Source: Candidatus Aenigmatarchaeota archaeon
GTDB taxonomy: Archaea; Aenigmatarchaeota; Aenigmatarchaeia; GW2011-AR5; JAGGXF01
Direction of reading: 5' to 3'
DNA: 10,726 nt
Assembly: GCA_029932645.1 (NCBI GenBank)
Contig: JAOZPR010000008.1
Span: 1 to 10,726, forward strand
Both the position numbers and the translations under genes were made by a program. Under the pieces are notes generated by a model. The model saw only the letters and a list, made by a program, of their open reading frames with translations, did no database searches and had not been told where the DNA came from. Positions within the stretch are counted from its first letter, which is position 1. Each line of letters starts with the position of its first letter. Below, piece after piece: positions 1 through 5,686 of the stretch.

Positions 1-3
1 GAG

Positions 4-582
4 TCAATTTTCTTGTCTTTTTGTAGATTTCGAATATTTCTTAAAAATATAAAAAAATAAAATTAAAATAAGAGCTAATAATAAGATAAAATAGATATCT
101 CGATTTTCTTGATGAATATCATCTCGAAAGCTTCCCCCAGCGGACTTAGCGGGAATAAGATAGACAAACTTCCCCACCGAGTCTTTAAAATAAAATAAGA
201 TACCACATTTTGTATTAAACCCAGGAAAGTTTTTACTTTCAATCGAAACATTTACTTGTTTTTCATTAAGTTCAACAATTCTCATAGATATTCTTCTGAT
301 TAAAATTTCATCTTTGGATATATTTTTAATATTCCAACTAAGATTATCATAGACCGGTTCAACTCCTTCAGGTATAAAAAATTTAATATTAATGTCATAG
401 ACATCTTCAGAAGGTTTTATACGAAGTTCGATGTCAAATTCTTTATTTAATAATACTGGCTTATCAGAAACTGATAACTGAACCCTCCAAAAGTAAAATC
501 CGTCAGCCTCAGTTGAGTGTATTAGACCAACCGAAAATAAAATTATCAGAAATAAATATAAATATTTTTTATTTTTACTCAT
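4..582 (-). CDS. Hypothetical secreted, C-terminally membrane-anchored surface protein (possible Ig-like beta-sandwich)
   Basis: 192-aa ORF with a basic plus hydrophobic signal peptide (MSKNKKYLYLFLIILFSVGLIHSTEA), a beta-rich middle, and a C-terminal TM helix (IYFILLLALILILFFYIF) followed by a basic tail. Visibly AT-richer than its neighbours. Confidence 0.7.
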   Translation of the reverse strand: MSKNKKYLYLFLIILFSVGLIHSTEADGFYFWRVQLSVSDKPVLLNKEFDIELRIKPSEDVYDINIKFFIPEGVEPVYDNLSWNIKNISKDEILIRRISMRIVELNEKQVNVSIESKNFPGFNTKCGILFYFKDSVGKFVYLIPAKSAGGSFRDDIHQENRDIYFILLLALILILFFYIFKKYSKSTKRQEN

Positions 583-600
583 ATTTAGTTCTATTAAATT

Positions 601-616
601 AGATATTTAAATATCT
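601..616 (-). promoter_or_regulatory. TATA box inside a perfect 16-bp palindrome, upstream of the surface-protein gene
   Basis: AGATATTTAAATATCT is self-complementary and contains TTTAAATA about 22-30 nt upstream of the ATG at 582, consistent with a leaderless archaeal promoter. Confidence 0.5.
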
Positions 617-642
617 CCTTTATTTTCTCACAGTTTGTCAAT

Positions 643-1038
643 TTACACAGTCCTTATCGTCTCTTCTCCCGGCTTTGGTGGGGCAGTTAGCCCTTCCCTG
701 TGGACGCGAGCGAACTCTGGTGTGACTACAATCCATTCGTCGGATACGCCGGCAATGTCGCCGTTCACAGCCATGCAGGTCTTTCTAATTCTTGATATGG
801 CTCTTTTGAGTTCACCGATATCCTTGTCCTTAAGCTCTTTTATCTTTACAAGAACAATCTTGCCTTCTCTCATCTTTCGTTGTATTCTGTCAGAATCAGC
901 ATAATCTTCCAACTTGTCAACCACAATCAATATTTTTCCGGACTCGGCAGCGTGCATACCTTCAACATCCAGTTCTATATATTCTTCTTCACTCGGCTCG
1001 CTTGTCTTGAACCTGCCGAAGATATTCTCAAGTACCAT
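643..1038 (-). CDS. sepF: Cell division protein SepF (archaeal DUF552 type)
   Basis: N-terminal amphipathic segment (MVLENIFGRFK), an EYIELD motif, and a core of ...REGKIVLVKI...LKRAISRIRKTC...GDIAG..DEWIVVTP. ATG at 1038 preferred over GTG at 1047 because GAGGTG (SD) lies just upstream. Confidence 0.88.
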   Translation of the reverse strand: MVLENIFGRFKTSEPSEEEYIELDVEGMHAAESGKILIVVDKLEDYADSDRIQRKMREGKIVLVKIKELKDKDIGELKRAISRIRKTCMAVNGDIAGVSDEWIVVTPEFARVHREGLTAPPKPGEETIRTV

Positions 1039-1129
1039 CCTTCCCACCTCATCAAACGTTTGAATAAAATAAACTTATTGTATAAATATTTAAGTCAATC
1101 TTTTTAAGTTTTAAAATAAAGCGTTATAC

Positions 1130-1393
1130 TCACACCTTTTCTTTATGCCTTTCATTCATTACCTCTAACATGGACACAATATTCCATATCTGTGTGCGTG
1201 TGTAAAGAGGAATGTTAGAATCGTTGGAAATCTCGTCTAAAAGGGATATTGCAGAATTTATTCTAACAGCGATGTCTTTTTTTTCGTCGTTGAGATGCGC
1301 TTTTGCCTCTTCAACCGAGGCACGGATGTTTCTCGGCACAGTTCTATCATCTCTTATCTGGTCAAGCAACTTGTTTATTGCCTTGGTCTCCAT
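1130..1393 (-). CDS. UPF0147 family protein
   Basis: Family motifs D.TVPRNIR and AIS.LDEISND.N.P...RT.IW.IVS.LE. Confidence 0.92.
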   Translation of the reverse strand: METKAINKLLDQIRDDRTVPRNIRASVEEAKAHLNDEKKDIAVRINSAISLLDEISNDSNIPLYTRTQIWNIVSMLEVMNERHKEKV

Positions 1394-1446
1394 GCCTATT
1401 ACCCCTTCTTATAATCAATACCTACCATCTTGCTTAGTCGGCAACA

Positions 1447-1788
1447 TTACTCAGCCGTACCTAGAGCGGATTGCATCTCTTTGAATTTTTCTTGGAGCTC
1501 TTTTATTTTATCCTTTAGCATTTTTTCCTGTTTTTCCAGTGTTTTAATCCTCAGCTCGGTTTCTTCCTTCCTTTCATTGAGGTCTTGCTTAACAGATTTC
1601 TTTTCCTTTTCGATGAGAACAGGACCTATTATTGAAAAAACCTTTCCAGTATTGTCTTTTATTTCTTCCATCGCATGGTCTATCTCAGTGTTGTGCAGCA
1701 TTAATGTCTGTTTTTGTACAAGAACAGACTGAAGCTGCTGGTTGAGCATCTGCAACTGAATAATAAGTTTTTCAACATCCTTTTCCAT
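1447..1788 (-). CDS. pfdB: Prefoldin beta subunit
   Basis: Coiled coil, beta-hairpin (KVFSIIGPVLIEK), coiled coil (L.ERKE..ELRIKTLEKQEK). Conserved position after pcc1; GGGGTG SD. Confidence 0.93.
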   Translation of the reverse strand: MEKDVEKLIIQLQMLNQQLQSVLVQKQTLMLHNTEIDHAMEEIKDNTGKVFSIIGPVLIEKEKKSVKQDLNERKEETELRIKTLEKQEKMLKDKIKELQEKFKEMQSALGTAE

Positions 1789-1831
1789 ATGAACACCCCA
1801 TCTAAAACTCGATTCTCCACGAGTTCAAATA

Positions 1832-2044
1832 TCATATTTCATTATAAACCTTTTCAGCAAGTTTTATTTTTTCTATGTAAGAGTTTATTGCTGCCTGCAC
1901 ACCTGCCATGTCCTTTGCGTCTATTTCTATGACCAGTTTTTTTCCGCTTTTCTTCAGCCGGCAGCGAAACTTTGCTCCCGTTTCCTCGGTCAGTATGTCA
2001 AGGATTTTTGGCTCTTTGACAAGGATTTCAAATTTTGCCTTCAC
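1832..2044 (-). CDS. pcc1: KEOPS complex subunit Pcc1
   Basis: C-terminal L.IEI.AKD..G.QAAINSY motif and position between rpoP and pfdB. GTG at 2044 with a GAGTGA SD is the likely start; the longer ORF-track start overlaps rpoP. Confidence 0.8.
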   Translation of the reverse strand: MKAKFEILVKEPKILDILTEETGAKFRCRLKKSGKKLVIEIDAKDMAGVQAAINSYIEKIKLAEKVYNEI

Positions 2045-2048
2045 AAAA

Positions 2049-2174
2049 TCACTCTGCTTTAACCCTTTTAACAAAGGTCGGGCGCGCCTTGGCAACTATT
2101 CTATACCCACAATAGGGGCATCTTGGCTGATCAATGTTTTCTATTTCCTTCTTGCATTTCAGGCATCTATACAT
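2049..2174 (-). CDS. rpoP: DNA-directed RNA polymerase subunit P (Rpo12); not in the ORF track
   Basis: Manual translation gives MYRCLKCKKEIENIDQPRCPYCGYRIVAKARPTFVKRVKAE* (41 aa), a CxxC...CPYCGYRI..K.RP zinc ribbon. Confidence 0.95.
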   Translation of the reverse strand: MYRCLKCKKEIENIDQPRCPYCGYRIVAKARPTFVKRVKAE

Positions 2175-2378
2175 CTAACCACCATTATTTTTCTTATAAT
2201 TCTCATAGTACAGTAAAAGACTGAAGTATATAAACACAGACGCGACGAACACAGCTGTCAGGTCATATAAGAATTTTCCCGTGTTCAGCCAGCGAAAGAT
2301 TATGACACAAAGCAGCAGAATTTCCGCAACTATAAAACTCTTCTTGGCAGCCCTAGACTCTGCTTCTTTCTTTCTCAT
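2175..2378 (-). CDS. Small hypothetical membrane protein (2 TM)
   Basis: 67 aa with a basic N-terminus and two hydrophobic stretches. It has a GGTG SD, and its TAG stop directly abuts the rpoP ATG. Confidence 0.6.
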   Translation of the reverse strand: MRKKEAESRAAKKSFIVAEILLLCVIIFRWLNTGKFLYDLTAVFVASVFIYFSLLLYYENYKKNNGG

Positions 2379-2395
2379 AGCAACACCACACGCTT

Positions 2396-2617
2396 TTATT
2401 TTGAACCTTTCTTGAATTCATAAGTTCCAGAAGCATACTTGGCGCCGCATTTTTTACACACCCATATGCCTGCTGACTCACGAACAACAGCTATTCTTGA
2501 GCATGACGGACATTTGTATCTCTTCTTCTTTTTGGCGTCTATTTCCTTTATCTTGTCACGTATCTTTTTACCGTATTTTGAGCCGAATCTGCCGGCACTC
2601 CCTGTCTTTTTTCCCAT
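2396..2617 (-). CDS. rpl37ae: 50S ribosomal protein L37ae (eL43)
   Basis: KKTGSAGRFGSKYG, CPSC and GIW.CKKCG...A.G.Y motifs. Start placed at ATG 2617 (MGKK), preceded by a GAGGT SD. Confidence 0.96.
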   Translation of the reverse strand: MGKKTGSAGRFGSKYGKKIRDKIKEIDAKKKKRYKCPSCSRIAVVRESAGIWVCKKCGAKYASGTYEFKKGSK

Positions 2618-2640
2618 GTTCACAACCTCTTGAATACATA

Positions 2641-2724
2641 CAGTACATATGATGTAGTACATATGATGGCATGCGCAATGCGTATACTATCAATGATATA
2701 CTAACAAAGTTATAATAAAAATCT
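2641..2724. repeat. 14-bp-period repeats upstream of rpl37ae
   Basis: AGTACATATGATG exact at 2642-2654 and 2656-2668. TATACTATCAA, TATACTAACAA and TATAATAAAAA start at 2683, 2697 and 2711. Confidence 0.65.
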
Positions 2725-2747
2725 TTAATAATGTTAAGATTTGGCAG

Positions 2748-2767
2748 AAAACCCTTTTAAAGGTTTT
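2748..2767 (-). promoter_or_regulatory. Putative BRE/TATA promoter of the rpl37ae operon
   Basis: Minus strand reads AAAACCTTTAAAAGGGTTTT, a purine-rich BRE plus TTTAAAA within an imperfect palindrome. An alternative TATA-like site lies at about 2711-2720. Confidence 0.4.
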
Positions 2768-2836
2768 ATATCGCATGCGTTGTATTAGATTCGGAAGTTG
2801 TTGAAATCATTTTAATGATATAATTATTTTAATAAA

Positions 2837-3235
2837 TTATTTTAATATTTTGTTCTGGACAAAGTCAAACAGCCGCTCTGCATGTTTTGTTGCTAGGATG
2901 GCGTTCTTTTCTTTCATCAAATTTTCACCATATTCTGATTCCGACTTTATATTTAATAGTTCCATTAAATGCTTGGAGGCCTTTCTAATACTATCGTCCT
3001 CTGGGGCTGTTTGAGAAAAGAGTCTTACGGCATCTTCATGTCTCTCTCCCGCGTGCCTGATGCCTAGCTTCCATATACAGAAGGCATCGGCTGCAGCTAT
3101 AGCGCAGTGAACAGCGTTTATCACAGAAGCGTTCCATTCACGTTCATCACAGCTTCGATACATAGCATTTTTACATTCTTCCGCCCTTTTTAAATAATCC
3201 ACTGCTTTGTGTCTATCAACATCCCTTGTTCTCAT
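2837..3235 (-). CDS. HEPN domain protein (putative toxin or partner of MNT)
   Basis: All-helical 132 aa with YL.RAEE, AVH.AI.AADA, G.RH...H..AV.L and K...EYG patterns. The ATG at 3235 overlaps the MNT stop (TAATG) and has a GGGTGA SD. Confidence 0.82.
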   Translation of the reverse strand: MRTRDVDRHKAVDYLKRAEECKNAMYRSCDEREWNASVINAVHCAIAAADAFCIWKLGIRHAGERHEDAVRLFSQTAPEDDSIRKASKHLMELLNIKSESEYGENLMKEKNAILATKHAERLFDFVQNKILK

Positions 3236-3822
3236 TATATCACCCAAATTCCTCTTTCAGCACTTTTCAGTATCTTCTTATTTTCAGGTTTTTTGATATC
3301 CTTTTCTGTGATTATATATGGAGAAAGCATATTACCATATCTTTGCATACATTTATCAGAAAGTTCATCTATTATTTCTTTAATCTCTTTTTTCTGTTTC
3401 TCATTTTTTATTACGATTAGTAAGTCTATATCACTGTCTGGTTCCTCCTTTCCTTCTGCAACTGAACCGAAGATTTTGGCAATTTTCAAATCTCTGCCCG
3501 AAAGTTTCTCCATAAACATTTTCTGCAAATCGAGTAGAGGGGGGTTAACTGCCAGTTCTCTTAGATTTTTAATTGAAAGTGCCTCGTATGCATAGCTTTT
3601 TTCATTCAATTTCCAAGAGAGTGCATTACCTATCTTTAGAGGAGTCACCAGATTGAGTTCATATAATTTCTTCATTACTTTGTTCACAGCCATATGCGAT
3701 ACACCAAGAATTCTGGAAAGCTCTCTTTCACTTGTTGGAACGTGCTCTGAAAGCATGTACATTAGTATTTTAACCTTCACTTTTGATCCCAGCAGCTCAT
3801 CAGCAAAGTTTCTGAATTTCAT
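3235..3822 (-). CDS. Winged-HTH fused to a minimal nucleotidyltransferase (MNT antitoxin)
   Basis: N-terminal wHTH (LGSK.KVKIL...SERELSR.LGVSH.AV.K.MK.L...NLV). C-terminal Pol-beta-like GS...DxD motif (IFGSVAEG.E..DSDIDLLIV). Confidence 0.9.
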   Translation of the reverse strand: MKFRNFADELLGSKVKVKILMYMLSEHVPTSERELSRILGVSHMAVNKVMKKLYELNLVTPLKIGNALSWKLNEKSYAYEALSIKNLRELAVNPPLLDLQKMFMEKLSGRDLKIAKIFGSVAEGKEEPDSDIDLLIVIKNEKQKKEIKEIIDELSDKCMQRYGNMLSPYIITEKDIKKPENKKILKSAERGIWVI

Positions 3823-3827
3823 ATTAT

Positions 3828-3871
3828 AAGTTTACATTTGTAACTATTTAAAGTTTACGGTTGTAAACTTT
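3828..3871 (-). promoter_or_regulatory. Leaderless TA promoter with two palindromic operators flanking the TATA box
   Basis: Perfect AAAGTTTAC-GGTT-GTAAACTTT (3850-3871) and imperfect AAGTTTAC-ATTT-GTAACT (3828-3845). TTTAAATA on the minus strand at 3852-3845, 23 nt before the ATG. Confidence 0.75.
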
Positions 3872-3910
3872 TATTTAGAAATCGCTGGCGATTAGAATCT
3901 CTAAGAGTTT

Positions 3911-5350
3911 CTAAGAACTTCTAATTTTCCTGCACTTAACGCCTTCTTCACTGTCTTCGAGCAGGTAGCCCATTTTTCTTATTTGGCCACGGATTTCATC
4001 TGCCTTTTTCCAGTTCTTCTCTGTGCGCGCCTTTTCCCGTTCCTGAATAAGTTTTTTGACTTCTTCTGGTATCTCTATTTTTTCCTTTTTAAAGTTCATC
4101 ATCTTGAAAATAGTATCTATCTTTTCTAGCAGTGCAAGAATGTCAGCAGCTTCTTTTTTTGTCAGCGATTTGCTGTCAATCTTCTTATTTGCTTCTGTAA
4201 TCAAGTCAAAAATCACAGCAAGCGCTTCTGGTGTATTCAGGTTATCATCCATAGCCGCTTCAAATTTTTCATAATATTTTTTGACTAGGTCTGTCTCTAT
4301 TTTATCGTCAGCCGAATCAGCTATTTTCAACAGGCTCTGGATAAAGTTGTTTATCTTATCCACCTTTTCTTTTGCTTTTCTGAGATTGTCTTCAGAGTAG
4401 TCTAGCGTGCTTTTGTATTGGGAAGAGAATACCCACATCCTTATCGTCTCGGGTGAGAATTTTTCCAGAGCATCAGAGATGGTTATGAAATTTTCCTTTG
4501 ATTTGCTCATTTTTTCTCCGTTTATAGACAACAAGCCAAAATGAATCCAGTAGTTGACGCCAATGCTACCAAATGCCCCATAGTTTTGTGCTATCTCATT
4601 CTCGTGGTGCGGGAAGTAATGGTCAACCCCACCACTGTGGATATCAAAATCACCGTCCAGATATTTCCTGCCCATTGCAGAACATTCTATGTGCCATCCT
4701 GGCATTCCCTTGCCCCAAGGCGAATCCCATACATGCGAATGTCCTGGCTGATGTTTTGCCCACAATACGAAATCATTGGGATTTTTCTTGTTGGGGTCTG
4801 CCACCCTCTGCTTTTCCTCTTGGGCTTCCATATTCTTACCAGAGAGTTTGCCATAGTCCTTATACTTCGAGACGTCAAAATAAACAGTGCCGTCTTTCAC
4901 ATAGGCATAACCGTTTTCAATTATTTTTTTAATGATTTCTATCATTATGTCGACGTTTTCACTCGCCTTCGGCTCCACGTCAGGTGGTTCTATTTTCAGC
5001 TTTTTCATGGAATCATGAAAATCGTTTGTATAGAACTCAGTGATATCTTCTGCTGTTTTCTTTTCCCGGTCCATCGCCTTTTTTATCTTATCAATACCTT
5101 CATCAGCATCAGATGTCATGTGGCCAAAATCAGTTATGTTCTGGACATGTTTCACTACAAAACCTTTCCACTTTTTCAAGAACTGTTTGAGCATGTCAGT
5201 CCTTATGTAAGTGACTCCATGACCCAAGTGAGACGAAGAATAAACAGTCGGGCCACAGGAATAGTACCCAACTTTGCCTGGTTCTATTGGCTTAAAAACT
5301 TCTTTTTTCTTTGTCCATGTGTTGTAAAGTACTAATACCATTTTTACCAT
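3911..5350 (-). CDS. cysS: Cysteinyl-tRNA synthetase (class I)
   Basis: LYNT, CGPTVY, HLGH (HIGH motif), DFVLW, W.SPWG.G.PGWHIECS, FPHHENE, KMSKS, MDDNLNTP and the C-terminal KNWKKADEIR motif. Confidence 0.98.
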   Translation of the reverse strand: MVKMVLVLYNTWTKKKEVFKPIEPGKVGYYSCGPTVYSSSHLGHGVTYIRTDMLKQFLKKWKGFVVKHVQNITDFGHMTSDADEGIDKIKKAMDREKKTAEDITEFYTNDFHDSMKKLKIEPPDVEPKASENVDIMIEIIKKIIENGYAYVKDGTVYFDVSKYKDYGKLSGKNMEAQEEKQRVADPNKKNPNDFVLWAKHQPGHSHVWDSPWGKGMPGWHIECSAMGRKYLDGDFDIHSGGVDHYFPHHENEIAQNYGAFGSIGVNYWIHFGLLSINGEKMSKSKENFITISDALEKFSPETIRMWVFSSQYKSTLDYSEDNLRKAKEKVDKINNFIQSLLKIADSADDKIETDLVKKYYEKFEAAMDDNLNTPEALAVIFDLITEANKKIDSKSLTKKEAADILALLEKIDTIFKMMNFKKEKIEIPEEVKKLIQEREKARTEKNWKKADEIRGQIRKMGYLLEDSEEGVKCRKIRSS

Positions 5351-5370
5351 TTCCTCAGGGCAGCAAAAAA

Positions 5371-5489
5371 AGCGAGGTGGGAGAGTTGAACTCCCTTCTT
5401 CCGGTTCCTGTTTTCCAGTTCTTTGATTGAACTTTCTTTTTAAGAAAGTTCATCTGCAGCCGGATGCATGGCCGTTCTGCCAACCTCGC
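5371..5489 (-). tRNA. tRNA-Cys(GCA) with a 48-nt intron at 37/38 (intron 5453-5406)
   Basis: Acceptor GCGAGGT/ACCTCGC, discriminator U73, D-stem GCA/TGC, anticodon stem TCCGG/CCGGA with CT-GCA-G|intron|A, T-arm GGGAG-TTCAACT-CTCCC. No encoded CCA; a T tract follows. Confidence 0.93.
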
Positions 5490-5515
5490 ATCTATTTTCT
5501 GTTTGTAACCGCGGT

Positions 5516-5523
5516 TATATAAA
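5516..5523 (-). promoter_or_regulatory. TATA box of tRNA-Cys/cysS
   Basis: TTTATATA on the minus strand ends about 26 nt upstream of tRNA G1. Confidence 0.65.
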
Positions 5524-5558
5524 TATTTCCTAAATATTTTCCACGACAAATATTTCCT
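5521..5558. repeat. Three AAATATTT(T)CC direct repeats
   Basis: AAATATTTCCT 5521-5531, AAATATTTTCC 5532-5542 and AAATATTTCCT 5548-5558. The AAATATTT core is palindromic. Confidence 0.7.
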
Positions 5559-5652
5559 ACAAAGGCTATAAGAATTAGTTTCTGCTGCTATTTCATCGGC
5601 CAAAGCGGCCGATGCAAAGACGTTCACCGATCATCTGATCCACCTTTTGTAG
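5557..5652 (-). ncRNA. Candidate structured RNA or leader (family unknown, strand uncertain)
   Basis: Terminal complementarity CTACAAA(GG) 5557-5565 with (CCT)TTTGTAG 5643-5652, an internal 8-bp GC hairpin CATCGGCC/GGCCGATG at 5594-5614, and a TTTAAAT box at 5678-5672. Confidence 0.3.
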
Positions 5653-5686
5653 AATTAATTATGGTTGGTAAATTTAAATAGATTAT

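Noticed and set aside
1806..1825. AACTCG/CGAGTT hairpin between pcc1 and pfdB
   Set aside because: The stem is only 6-7 bp and plausible by chance; there is no further support.
2045..2095. N-terminal extension of Pcc1
   Set aside because: It overlaps rpoP in another frame; GTG 2044 has its own SD.
2760..3910. Mobile element carrying the TA pair
   Set aside because: No transposase, integrase, terminal inverted repeats or att duplication could be seen.
4541..5335. 264-aa plus-strand ORF and the other plus-strand ORFs in the track
   Set aside because: They are antisense shadows of well-supported minus-strand genes and show no motifs.
5355..5627. 90-aa minus-strand ORF
   Set aside because: It runs through the tRNA-Cys gene and its promoter and has no recognisable protein features.
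5570..5640. Hammerhead ribozyme or C/D box sRNA (CAGATGA...GAAA)
   Set aside because: The core deviates from CUGANGA, stems I and III and the cleavage triplet do not form, and C/D boxes are not correctly spaced.
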